A stretch of 64,000 nucleotides of DNA from Dimorphilus gyrociliatus (GCA_904063045.1 CAJFCJ010000005.1:2536165-2600164), one strand, 5' to 3'. Positions 1 through 10,643 are shown, counted from the first letter of the stretch. Numbers and translations are program-made. Notes: generated by a model not told the origin, from the letters alone.

Positions 1-82
1 GGTGTTCAAATATTCAACATGTTCAAAACACAGAAAAAACTCTTTATTACTTTCAACATAAATTCCTTTAAAATTCAGATAT

Positions 83-589
83 TCAGTAGTCAGTTTTGTA
101 TCTTTGAGAATTGCTATGATAACTACGAAGAAGAATTGTCATAGCATCTTCAATTCTAGATTTATAATCTCTATTCAATATAACATCGAGATGAGATAAG
201 CACTCGCCTTGAAAAGCGTTATATTTCATAACTGTTTGAATTTTCTTGATAAATCTTTTAAGGAAATTAACTGGATCTTTTTGAACAGCTTTAAATAACG
301 ATGGTAAATCCATAAAGACTTCAGATTGAATATCCATAAATCTATGTATACCGTCATACGATTTGATTACATCTTGCCTTGTATACTCTTGCAGACAATG
401 GAGTTTAATACTTTTCCAGATTCGTATAGGTAATGAATGCAATAGATATTTTGCAAAATATTTAGCTTTATCGTTTGGAAACGAAGCGAATTGTTTCTTT
501 GAGAAATCCTTTATAAAATCACCTCTAAAACCTAGTGAATATAGATAGATAATTCCAAGTTTTTCATATTTTGTTCCTCTTTTAGGCAT
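83..589 (-). CDS. Unknown ORF (168 aa), possibly a terminal exon of a spliced gene or a foreign/degenerate element
   Basis: Open 168 codons in very AT-rich DNA with a protein-like composition; no recognisable motif; overlaps the 532..792 ORF by 58 nt in another frame. Confidence 0.35.
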   Translation of the reverse strand: MPKRGTKYEKLGIIYLYSLGFRGDFIKDFSKKQFASFPNDKAKYFAKYLLHSLPIRIWKSIKLHCLQEYTRQDVIKSYDGIHRFMDIQSEVFMDLPSLFKAVQKDPVNFLKRFIKKIQTVMKYNAFQGECLSHLDVILNRDYKSRIEDAMTILLRSYHSNSQRYKTDY

Positions 590-792
590 TGTTTTATCGA
601 ATTGAAATCAACAATGTTTAATACCATTTTTAGTAATTTTCTAATAATTTCATCTTTAAATTTCTCCTTTGATAAAATTTTTGGCATATTCATTAAGCTT
701 TTTCTATAAACTGTTATATTCTTATTACATCCTTCCAGAGGTATAATAAAGAATTCATTATCCTTTTTATCAACTTTACTTTTATACTTCAT
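532..792 (-). CDS. Unknown short ORF (86 aa), possibly an exon upstream of 83..589
   Basis: Open frame with a pyrimidine-rich acceptor-like tract just upstream on the minus strand; no motif recognised. Confidence 0.2.
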   Translation of the reverse strand: MKYKSKVDKKDNEFFIIPLEGCNKNITVYRKSLMNMPKILSKEKFKDEIIRKLLKMVLNIVDFNSIKQCLKEEQNMKNLELSIYIH

Positions 793-2063
793 TTCTCTTC
801 TATCTTTAATATGTAAAGGTCAAGGAAAAAGGTATTAAATTTTTGAGATTTAAAGATTAAAGATTGAAAGTATACAGTTACGATTATAAGTAATTGTTAC
901 AATGAAAAAACATCTAAAAATGTCACTATTTGGTGTTTTACACTTTTTATTTGTCTTATAATTAAGACAAAACTCTACTTAAGCTATTGATTGTGATGCT
1001 GTAATATTTTGTTAACTTACTTCCTGTTTGGAGTTGAATTTTTTCTCCTTCCTATTCTTCCCATTCAACCTGTATTTGCATAAAACTTTTTTTCTCTTAT
1101 GTAGTTTGGCAGACTACAACTCTTAATTGTAAGGTCATAGCAACCGTATTAAAATTACTTAATAGCTTATGAACTATTCTAGACCATAAACATAGTTTAT
1201 CAACCAAAAAATTCACAGTTTTACAAGTTTTTACCGGTGCAACAATTATTTATTAACGTCATCGTGTACATAAATCTTACCTTTATGTTTTATAAAGTTA
1301 AATATATCCTTTTGCCGATGATGAGGACTTTTTTCAATACAAAAGTATAATTGACATGCATATATCTCTGTAAAACTTTGACACTTCCGTTTTCTTTGGC
1401 CGACGTATTTTTTTTCCAATAAAATATGATCGTGTATATTCATATATGCAAATACTGTACTTGAAGGATTTTTTATCAGCTTTCCCAGAAAGTCGTCCCT
1501 TTCGTCAACATTCGAAATCTATTCGTGTAAGAATCTCAAATATCCATTTGCCTGTATCTACGTGTAGTCGATAAATGAGTAGCGAGCGTAGGTTATAGCT
1601 AAATTCACCAACTTTACTCGATATACGCGTTAAAGATTTAAGGTATGTACTTGTTAATATAGCAGTAATAATAACTAATAACATGTCGAAATAATAAAGG
1701 GTAATGAAATACGGTTAGGTTTAAAATATGTGTAACGTAAAGTAATTATAAAATAACGTAAAGGGAATTTGGCTCACTGCCAAATTTAGGCGATGTACCC
1801 ATCGACTACATCTACGTGTATCCCTTATATTCTTTTCGTAAAACTGAAAACACGGCTAAAGTAGTACTGCTTGGAAAGACTAAAGTTGAGAACTTTGTCA
1901 AGTTTCTTTGTAAAAGTATGAAAATTTGTAAATAACTGACATTTTTTTCATTTCTTTTCGATGATTTTAAGATGACGAAACCATAGTAAAATAAAATTGA
2001 GATTTTACTATATTCGGTGTATCGAACAACCTTTCTTACTGCTTATTCATAGTTAACTATTCC

Positions 2064-3437
2064 TTATTTTTGATAAACAGTTAATTTATGTTTTTTAGAG
2101 CCAAATGATTCAATAAGGTACTCTCCACAAAGGCCTATTGTTATCAAATCGAATGAAATTCCAAAATCCACATCTTGTAAATGTTTTAAACTGGTATCGT
2201 AATAGCTTATCTTAGTGGAATTACTTAGATGAAGAATAAAACCCACAAGTGGTACAGCTGTTACGCATGCATTTTTGTTAATTTTAATACTTCTTTCATT
2301 CTTCTTATCAACATTTTTCTTATCTATCGATATTAACCTTGATTTGGTAATAAAAATCACATTTCCATTGGTAAGTATACAAGCGTGCCTTATCTTGTAA
2401 TTCTGAAATTGAAGAATTTGATCATCTAATGCATCTTCTAGTTTAATATTCCATTGGAAATCCTTATTAACGAAATAGCTATAAGTTTTATTTATGTTTC
2501 TCAATAAAACATAAATATTTCCATTCTTATCTTCAAAGGCGGATAGTTTAAGTGCCTTCTCTGCATTGGATAGAGTGAAAAATTGGATTTCATCATTTTC
2601 CATACAGCTTGACATAACTAGAGATTTGTTTCTGTGAATAGCAAAAGTATAATGTTCCGTTTTATCGAAACTAACAATATCTTGATTTAAAGATATTTTC
2701 GATATTACTTCATCTTCTTTCATCAAGTTAAGAGTATTACCAGAAGATCTATCAAGCTCGAGTAAACCTTTCAATGTTAATACAAACGGACCTTTGATAT
2801 CGCAATATGTTTGTTGTTTAAAATTTTTCGTTACCAGCTTATCCTCTAGATAGCAATGCTTTAAATGAATTGCAAAATTTGCTGGAAAATTTTGATCACA
2901 ACTTAAAACAGAAATAAAGCTGTGAAATTTTTCAGATATTGAATCAAGGTCAGTAAAATCATTACTTAAATTCGATTCCATTTTATCTAAAGTATCCATT
3001 TTATCCTTATTTAAAATTATAGCTTCTTGTTGCTTTAGAATTTTTATCATTGACATAATCTTTTCCCGACGACAATTATAAATAGTTAAATCTTCGAAAG
3101 GACATTTCGCATGATCCCTTACACACAAGCTGCACAGGTCTTTCTTTTTACATTTTACGCATATAATAACTGGTAGAAGCTGTCGATTATGCTTGGAGCA
3201 TTTTGAAAAATTCGAGACCACATTATTGCTAAGTAAATTAGATCGTTGCGTATTCTTAGGGTTGAATGGCTCCCTACATACTGGACAGTTATGAGTAAGT
3301 TTAGATACAATTTTCCAACAAGCCAAACAAAAGGTGTGTTGACATGAAAGTTGAATATTCTCCTTATTTATCCAATTTTCCAGACAAATAGGACACTTTA
3401 AGAAACCTTTCTGCACACGTACAATTTCATAGCTCAT
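2064..3437 (-). CDS. TRIM-like E3 ligase: RING + B-box + short coiled coil + degenerate beta-propeller (divergent member)
   Basis: RING CPICLENW..LSCQHTFCLACW..CPVCR; B-box CSKH..CVKC..LCSLCVRDHAKC; propeller motif ACILTNGNVIF. Start set at aaaATG MSYEIV (3437) rather than the ORF-track start. Confidence 0.85.
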   Translation of the reverse strand: MSYEIVRVQKGFLKCPICLENWINKENIQLSCQHTFCLACWKIVSKLTHNCPVCREPFNPKNTQRSNLLSNNVVSNFSKCSKHNRQLLPVIICVKCKKKDLCSLCVRDHAKCPFEDLTIYNCRREKIMSMIKILKQQEAIILNKDKMDTLDKMESNLSNDFTDLDSISEKFHSFISVLSCDQNFPANFAIHLKHCYLEDKLVTKNFKQQTYCDIKGPFVLTLKGLLELDRSSGNTLNLMKEDEVISKISLNQDIVSFDKTEHYTFAIHRNKSLVMSSCMENDEIQFFTLSNAEKALKLSAFEDKNGNIYVLLRNINKTYSYFVNKDFQWNIKLEDALDDQILQFQNYKIRHACILTNGNVIFITKSRLISIDKKNVDKKNERSIKINKNACVTAVPLVGFILHLSNSTKISYYDTSLKHLQDVDFGISFDLITIGLCGEYLIESFGSKKHKLTVYQK

Positions 3438-4267
3438 TTTGCCCTCTCTATCGATACGTCCAGTTCGTGCAGTAAATATATACGTAATATGGTATAATAT
3501 CTGATGTACCAATAGAGCAATTATATTTCCAGTTTCTGTTTCTGTTTCCTATAATCTCTCTTAGAAATATCTGACTTTAGCTATAAAGCTATTCACAGTG
3601 AATTAATAATTAGCAGAGACAAAATATGATTGCGCAATAAACCAAAAAACCACATACCAAGATCGATATGAGCTAAAAGTTTACAAATAAGAAACATGCA
3701 TGAACTTGTCCAATGGATAATTTTATATATATACAGTATATATATATATGGTTATAATGCTGTTTACAATTTTAAATCACAAGTTCTAACTATGTCGATT
3801 TGCTTTTATATTCTCTTCAAAATCGTTAAGTGGTTTCAATCTATTTTGGTAAAGGTAAAATTTTTTATATGGCTATATAATGTAACTCATTCAGTCTGCT
3901 GTTTACAATCTCATGTTTCCTCAATTCAAGAAATATTATCTATATAAATTACGTAAACTTGACTTTTGAGGAAAGCTTATGTTGATTATTCATCGTCATT
4001 TCAAAATTCTAAAAGCGTTCTTTCATTTTATATATGAAAATAATAATAGATAAATAAATATGTAATATTATACTAATAATAATAATGCTTAAAAATTTCA
4101 AATTTGAAAATATTCGAAATTAAAAGTTTTTGAGCGATAATAAATAAGCCAGTAATATCGCTACTCGCCATTTTGAATTTAGACCCACGTGGATGGAGTC
4201 GAAACTCAGAAACTATCTGTTAAACTGCGTCAAGGTTGGTTATAGAAATTAGTAAACGTAGCTAATT

Positions 4268-4329
4268 TAGTATGATGACTTAGTTATCCCTGTCTGATAT
4301 TTTAGTGAGGAAAGTTTCTGTCTGATAAT
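4268..4329 (+). ncRNA. snR38: Box C/D snoRNA, snR38/SNORD1 family, copy 1
   Basis: Box C ATGATGA 4272-4278; guide GTTATCCCTGT complementary to LSU rRNA ACAGGGAUAAC; D' CTGA 4294-4297; C' TGAGGA 4306-4311; D CTGA 4322-4325; 69 nt upstream of the 3' splice site. Confidence 0.9.
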
Positions 4330-4541
4330 AACTGAAAACTTAAAATGATATTTGTCAAATAATTAGTCATTTATTAATTTTTTTTGTCTTACAGATATGC
4401 ATCATTACTACAATAAACAGAAAATATAGTCCTTAACCATATATAAGGAAGCTTTTACAGTGAAAGTGTTCAAAAATGATGAATTGAAATATTATTAAAC
4501 AACCTTAGGCAAGTAAAATGTTCATAAATTTAGCATGAAAA

Positions 4542-4603
4542 AAAAATGATGACCTAGTTATCCCTGTCCGATATTTGAATGAGGAAAATGACTTTCTGAT
4601 CAA
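4542..4603 (+). ncRNA. snR38: Box C/D snoRNA, snR38/SNORD1 family, copy 2
   Basis: ATGATGA 4546-4552; same guide; D' CCGA; C' TGAGGA; D CTGA 4596-4599; 75 nt upstream of the acceptor. Confidence 0.88.
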
Positions 4604-4779
4604 GTGTTAACGACATATAAATATTCCTTTAAGATTTAATAACGTCAATGGTATAATAATCCTTATTTCCACAGAACCAAAAATATTCAACGAGGAATTG
4701 AAAAGAATGGAAAATAAATGAAAACCAAAGAATAATGGTAAATATTTATAGAATTTATTTATTTATATGTTAGTTTAAT

Positions 4780-4842
4780 AAAACTGATGACAATAGTTAT
4801 CCCTGTCCGATTATCATCTGAGGAAAACCCTTATCTGATAAA
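4780..4842 (+). ncRNA. snR38: Box C/D snoRNA, snR38/SNORD1 family, copy 3
   Basis: CTGATGA 4784-4790; same guide; D' CCGA; C' TGAGGA; D CTGA 4835-4838; 71 nt upstream of the acceptor. Confidence 0.87.
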
Positions 4843-5049
4843 TTTTTTACAAAAAACTCATCTTATCTCCCTAAATAAAACTACAAATTAGATTTCTATT
4901 GTTTTTTAGACATTTCATCCTTCCAACTAGCAAACGTTGTGATAGATTGTCTACTGTTGTTTATTAGACAATGAACCAGCAATGAAAGAATTTCCGTGAT
5001 GATTTGTTAGTAAGATATTAATTTAGATAGTCTTATAAGTTTAATTATA

Positions 5050-5113
5050 TAATATGATGACTTTGTTATCCCTGTCTTAAGTTTTATATGTGGAGATCTT
5101 ATTGTCTGAATAC
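5050..5113 (+). ncRNA. snR38: Box C/D snoRNA, snR38/SNORD1 family, copy 4 (degenerate D'/C')
   Basis: ATGATGA 5054-5060; guide GTTATCCCTGT; D' variant CTTA; C' variant TGTGGA; D CTGA 5106-5109; 78 nt upstream of the acceptor. Confidence 0.8.
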
Positions 5114-5949
5114 TCTCTTGTTTCTTAATATTTATAAATAGAATATATTGCAAGATGTACTATAAATTATAAATATTATTTTAACAGAAGCAACCAAGCC
5201 ATTACATTCGAATGGACCAACTACAAGGTGGAAAAAACTCAGTTTTTGTTTGGAGAAAGGAAGAAGCGAATAAGTTTTTACATTGATTATACTTGTTAAC
5301 TATTTTTATATTACAAATAAAACCTTCTAATAATATAATGATATAATAAATAGTTAATTTAATAAACTTTACAAATGACTTCAAACTTTTGATCGGTAGA
5401 TAGGTGAAAACAATATACACCATTTACTAGAAGACTATTAGTTGATTATTACATATGTAAAGGGGTCGTGTGAAAAAATAGTTTCATATGAAAAGTTCAA
5501 CATTGTTTAATGTGATGCATTCTTTACTTGGACAGATATTCAATCGAAAAGTATCTAACAAGATGAATGAAGCTTAGTTAGCATTTTCATAAAGATAATC
5601 AAATTTCACCAGCAATACGAAAGTACTTAAAAATCACTTTTAACAACTACTTGTGAAGGATAATAGCAAAACTTTGTGGCAATTTCCAAATACGAAAAAG
5701 AACAACTTTAAACTCTGCCTGTCTTAATACAAGTATTATAAAAACATAAGAATAATATGAATAATGTACAAAAAAGTGGTGAAAAAAAAAACAATTGAGT
5801 GATGTGGACATATTACTTCTTCTGTTGTTAAGGAGACAAAAAGTTCTTCGTAGACCACTGCATAGTTAAGCCAGTTAACTTATCAAGGACAAGTGGAAGG
5901 TTTTTATCGATATATACAGTGTATACTTTAAAATCTAGAATCAGGATAA

Positions 5950-7029
5950 ATGGCTACTTGTAGTTATACAGCTAAAGAGGATGAGCAAGCATGCATAATA
6001 TGCTTTGAGCTAATGATAACTCCTAGGATATTATCTTGTAAGCATATCTTCTGTCTTGATTGTCTCCGACGTCTTCGAGGAATAGTTTCAGTAAAGTGTC
6101 CTCTATGTCGACAAGAAGCAATCATACCTGGAGGAAATGTCGCTAACTTTCCAATTAAATTCTATAAAATCAAAGTTAAGGTTCCTTTAGCAAACTTTTT
6201 AGAAGTGAAACAATCGTGCCTTATACCTTGGTCTTTTAAATCCTACTTTGTTACAAATGATGGATTATATTCTGCTATAGAGTTCGATTCTCAAACTATA
6301 CATTTGGCAGTCTCGTTCGACGATCCAAATTTATGGGTTAATCTTGATAGAAAAGTTGAAAATTTTGTTATTACTGAAAGTTATATCTATGCCATAGATC
6401 ATTTAACTAGTAAAATATTATTTACTAAAAAGCCATTTGGGATAAATGCTCATTTTCGAATTTTTAACTCTACAAAAACTAGATATTTAATGGCAACTGA
6501 AGATGAAATTTGTCAATGTTATATCCTAAGTATGTGCAAAGATAAAGACGATTGTTTATTCTTTTACAATGGAACATTACAATGGTCATTTCCAAATTGT
6601 AAGGAGCTTGGTTGTATTCTTCATAATCATAATCCAATTGTAAAAACAATGGAGGATATCTACGTAATGATTGATAAATCAAACGGTACAAAGTTAAGAT
6701 TTATATGTTGTACAGGATATTCTCAAATATACGATTTATTTCCATACGGAATTTTAATATCAAAATCAACTACAAGGAAAATAAAGAAACCTAGTTACAA
6801 AAAGTCAAAATACTTTTATACGGAATACGAAAAAAATGAAATTTCAACTAGAAATGATAAACATCTTAGTCAAGAAATTACTATGGAACTATTTTCTTAT
6901 AATTATAGTTTACTTGAAGAGAAGAAAATAGATGAATTTCATAATGCAATGATGATAGGAACAACAACAAATGGTTTAGTTTGTATTTATATTTTCGGTG
7001 AAGGATTGAAAATTTACAAATTGAAATGA
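5950..7029 (+). CDS. RING + beta-propeller protein lacking B-box and coiled coil (TRIM-derived)
   Basis: RING CIICFE..PRILSCKHIFCLDCL..CPLCR..PGGNVANFP joined almost directly to the propeller (FVTNDGLY, FVITESYIYA, CILHNHNPIV, IGTTTNGLVCI). Confidence 0.88.
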   Translation: MATCSYTAKEDEQACIICFELMITPRILSCKHIFCLDCLRRLRGIVSVKCPLCRQEAIIPGGNVANFPIKFYKIKVKVPLANFLEVKQSCLIPWSFKSYFVTNDGLYSAIEFDSQTIHLAVSFDDPNLWVNLDRKVENFVITESYIYAIDHLTSKILFTKKPFGINAHFRIFNSTKTRYLMATEDEICQCYILSMCKDKDDCLFFYNGTLQWSFPNCKELGCILHNHNPIVKTMEDIYVMIDKSNGTKLRFICCTGYSQIYDLFPYGILISKSTTRKIKKPSYKKSKYFYTEYEKNEISTRNDKHLSQEITMELFSYNYSLLEEKKIDEFHNAMMIGTTTNGLVCIYIFGEGLKIYKLK

Positions 7030-7335
7030 TAGTAGCGTTTTATTTTTATATTTCTTTTATATTTTATTTCTTCTATTTTTAATTATATTTACATTTCAAT
7101 CTTTTTAAAAAAATAAATGTATAAATAAACAGGGAAATCATTATTACGTCATTATATCGGGGTTTTTCTTTTATACTAAAATAATATGTAACGTTAAAAA
7201 AAGGGGTTATATAGACTGGTAATTGAGTACATGTCAGAGGTCGAGTATAATCAAGAGTGGAGTGAGTCCGTGAACCACCAGTCTTTTAACGGTAAAGTTA
7301 CACTGTTGATTCTGAATCGGTAGTAAGAAAAAAAA

Positions 7336-8403
7336 ATGGCTACTCTTGAAAGAAATTGTAGAATGTGTCAAGTTTGTTCCGAATCATGGCCCCATAAAAG
7401 TCTCAGAATACTACCTTGTAAGCATATTTCCTGTATTGAATGTCTATATCAACTCCAAGGAGCTTACTTAGTTGAATGCGCAGTTTGTCATAAAGATGCT
7501 GTTGTACCTGGTAGAGATGTTGATAATTTTCCAGTGTATAAAGCTACCTTTAAGCATCAAAAAAATCTAATTAAAGTAAAAAAAAGTTCTTGCCCATGCA
7601 AATTATCTTACAAATGTTACATAACAAACGAAGGACTTTATTCAATTTCGACTAAAGATCTGAGAACAATTCTGTTTAAACCTTCATTCGATGGCTTTAT
7701 ACTACCAATCTGTCTTAATAAAGAGATATCCGACTTTGCTATTACAGATAACTATATATACGCCGTTGAAAATTCAACTGGTAAAATATTGTCGTCGACA
7801 AAACCATTTGAAGGAGAGATTAATCTAAGATTATACAGTTCTAACAGAGTGAATTCATTAAAGGCAATAGAAGATGAAAATGGCGATAGTTGTATAATAG
7901 GCTTTTTAGAATGCAGGAATAAATGTCTGTTTATTCATAAAAGTATTTACAGATGGTCATCATTGAATTGTAAGAGTATTGAATGTATTCTTCCAAATGG
8001 TAATCCTATCATAAAAACATGTGATAATAAATTTGTCATACTCGATAAACTTAAAGGTAAACCTTTAAACGAGTTAAAATGTAAAGGATTATCACAAGTT
8101 TGCAATTTTTCACCACATGGAATCCTGCTAGCGCAAACGTCATTTGACAAATACAGAAAATATTACGAAGATAACGAATATCAATACAGATACACAGATG
8201 CGGATGACGACATGGATCAGAATGAGGAGTATGGTATTAGTAATAAAATAATTAAAATGGAACTTTTCCTATACGATTATAACTTTAAATTAATAAGAAA
8301 ACTTAATGATTTTAAACGTGCTAAATTAATTGGAACAGCAAAAAATGGTAATATTTGCTTACTATTCGTTAATGGTAAAATGAAAACATACGAATGGAAG
8401 TAA
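7336..8403 (+). CDS. RING + beta-propeller protein lacking B-box and coiled coil (paralog of 5950..7029)
   Basis: RING CQVCSESW..ILPCKHISCIECL..CAVC; propeller YITNEGLY, FAITDNYIYA, CILPNGNPII; same missing segment as its neighbour. Confidence 0.88.
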   Translation: MATLERNCRMCQVCSESWPHKSLRILPCKHISCIECLYQLQGAYLVECAVCHKDAVVPGRDVDNFPVYKATFKHQKNLIKVKKSSCPCKLSYKCYITNEGLYSISTKDLRTILFKPSFDGFILPICLNKEISDFAITDNYIYAVENSTGKILSSTKPFEGEINLRLYSSNRVNSLKAIEDENGDSCIIGFLECRNKCLFIHKSIYRWSSLNCKSIECILPNGNPIIKTCDNKFVILDKLKGKPLNELKCKGLSQVCNFSPHGILLAQTSFDKYRKYYEDNEYQYRYTDADDDMDQNEEYGISNKIIKMELFLYDYNFKLIRKLNDFKRAKLIGTAKNGNICLLFVNGKMKTYEWK

Positions 8404-8996
8404 AGTGTCTTTTTTGTCTCTTTTCATTGAGTTTTGTTGTTTTCTTGCATTGTTTTCAACCTATTCTATGCGAATTTTACAATAGAAATTTGAAATAAAA
8501 CTTGAGAAGATCAACTATATATATATTCTTCTTTAGTAGAATAATTAAAAAAAGATCTTTTATTCGTTCAGTACTACTTAGTGTTTCCATATTTTTAAAT
8601 GCTATTATTACTATGGAAACTTATAGGAACGTGCTTATACGAAGATAATCTGAGAAGAATTAACAGTAATTCCATTATTTAAAAGATTTTGTTTTAACTA
8701 TTTCATAATTATTTTCTTGTTAAAACCTTTGAAAATTCAAAAATAAACCAGTTTATCGCGTTAATTTTCAATATTCTTTTTGAAACTATAGCCGCCATGT
8801 TTTTTTAAAGTACTAGCCGAAATTTGAAGTTACCGACAAAAAATGTTACTTTTCGTAACTTTCTAACTGGCAAAGACTTTCTAATTATATAAAAAGTAGT
8901 AAAAATAATATTTCTTTTATATAATATCCATTTGAAACTTTAAGAATATGTAAAAAATTTCAATTTTTTTTTTATTTAGCTAATTAGTGAAGAATA

Positions 8997-10643
8997 ATGG
9001 CTGCTTCCGCTTCAACCGAATACGTACTTAAGCAAGAAGAACTTATATGCGCAATTTGCGTGGACTCATGGCTGGAGAGGGATCCCAGAGTACTGCCATG
9101 CAACCATACTTTCTGCTTCATTTGCCTCAAAAGTCTTTTAAGAGGAGGCTTTGCAGAATGTCCAATATGTCGTGCAAAAGTTAACTTAATGGGAAGAAAT
9201 ATTAACGATATCCCTAAAAATTCTTTGCCAAATGCAATTGAAAAGATTGAACCTATTGTTCAGGTGTGCACCACGCACAAGAGAAAGATACTCAAGCCTT
9301 TACTTTGTTGCAAAACATGTAGAAAGTTAAACTTATGCGCTCTTTGTATTGACATTGACCATTCTATGGAAAATTGCTTCATAGTTACGGTCAATTCTCT
9401 TGAGAATAGATTAAGAAAACTTCGAAGTAATTATAAAGTCTCTATAAATCAACACGAAATGAAAATTTCAAAAACTGAAGCGGAAGTTATAAGAGATATT
9501 GAAGAAACTAGAAACTATCATATAGCTGATGTAAGAAATCAGTCAGAGAAAATGATACAAAAGGTAAAGAGATATTATCAGGAGAAAAGAGCAGAATTAA
9601 AAGATAATTCTAACGAAATAAATAACATATTGATAACTGAAGCGGATGTTGAAAATCAATTAAGAAATTTATCAGTTGTGGAGAAACCAACTGTTAATAG
9701 TTGCCCAAGTAAATTATCTGTCTATTTTAATTACAAAAGTCATGGAATTTATAAAAATTTCAAAAGAATAAGGCAACAATTTTTTCCTATGACCGAAACT
9801 GAATCGCATTTTATTGCTAACGATGGATTCTATTGTATTTCAAAGTCTAATAGGGCAACTTTAATGCATCAAGAATCATTCGGAAGTTCAATATCAAAAG
9901 CTACTCTTGATCGAAATGTTGAAAAAATTGTCATTACTGATAGATATCTTTACGTTATTGAATGTTCTTACAGGAAAATTATGATAGCCTGTAGACCTTT
10001 CTATCAATTTATTGATTTGAGACCATTCAGTTCAATAGAAGCTAATGATATCAAAGCTATAGATATTGAAGAGGATTCGTTTGTTTTGACATTCAACTCG
10101 GATGCTTCTAAATGTTCTTATTTTATTAATAAAAACTATCAATGGCATTGTTATAGTTGTAGAGAACTTGGATGTATCCTCAAAACTGGAAATCCTATAA
10201 TTAAAACTTCGGATTGCAGATATGTAATGATGGATAAATACAAAGGTATTGAGATCATGTCAATGAAGTGTCCGGCCAATGCAGTCATCTATAACTTACA
10301 TCCTCTTGGTCTTCTAATAGCAAATACTGTTGTTTTCAATGAGAATTCAAATGATGGATGTGCATTTGAAAAGAGTTTAAAGAAAGCAAGTCCAATAGGG
10401 AGCAAGTGGCATATGAAGCCAGCGTTTAAAGGGGAAAGCGGGTATGCGAGCAAATATGACATGAAAATTGACCGTGCAAGGAAAGAACGCATAAACAAAA
10501 TGAATCTTTTGCTCTTCGATTACCAGATGAACCAAAATATTGTCGTAAACAGATTTGAGAATGTACAACTCTTAGGAACAACAGATGATTCCTTAATTTG
10601 TCTTTACTCTTCTGGCGACAATTACAGAGTTTATAAATATTAA
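8997..10643 (+). CDS. TRIM-like RING-B-box-coiled coil + NHL-like propeller
   Basis: RING CAICVDSW..PRVLPCNHTFCFICL..CPICR; B-box CTTH..CKTC..LCALCIDIDHSMENC; propeller with a long C-terminal loop insert. Confidence 0.92.
   Translation: MAASASTEYVLKQEELICAICVDSWLERDPRVLPCNHTFCFICLKSLLRGGFAECPICRAKVNLMGRNINDIPKNSLPNAIEKIEPIVQVCTTHKRKILKPLLCCKTCRKLNLCALCIDIDHSMENCFIVTVNSLENRLRKLRSNYKVSINQHEMKISKTEAEVIRDIEETRNYHIADVRNQSEKMIQKVKRYYQEKRAELKDNSNEINNILITEADVENQLRNLSVVEKPTVNSCPSKLSVYFNYKSHGIYKNFKRIRQQFFPMTETESHFIANDGFYCISKSNRATLMHQESFGSSISKATLDRNVEKIVITDRYLYVIECSYRKIMIACRPFYQFIDLRPFSSIEANDIKAIDIEEDSFVLTFNSDASKCSYFINKNYQWHCYSCRELGCILKTGNPIIKTSDCRYVMMDKYKGIEIMSMKCPANAVIYNLHPLGLLIANTVVFNENSNDGCAFEKSLKKASPIGSKWHMKPAFKGESGYASKYDMKIDRARKERINKMNLLLFDYQMNQNIVVNRFENVQLLGTTDDSLICLYSSGDNYRVYKY

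Larger units (their letters stand above)
4166..5330 (+). ncRNA. Spliced non-coding snoRNA host gene (5 exons, 4 snoRNA-bearing introns)
   Basis: Inferred introns 4235-4394, 4509-4674 (GC-AG), 4738-4909 and 5010-5187, each holding one box C/D snoRNA; exons lack long ORFs; YY1-like CGCCATTTTG at 4166-4175; AATAAA at 5316-5321. Confidence 0.7.

Noticed and set aside
1555-1822. Small hairpin (AATTTGGC-TCACT-GCCAAATT, ~1764-1784) and 10-11 bp direct/inverted repeats suggesting a transposon end
   Set aside because: No transposase, target-site duplication or Helitron CTRR terminus; too short to exceed chance.
4268-5113. Regularly spaced short repeats resembling a CRISPR array
   Set aside because: Eukaryotic context, ~200-nt gaps containing splice sites and exons, and C/D boxes with an rRNA-complementary guide explain them as snoRNAs.
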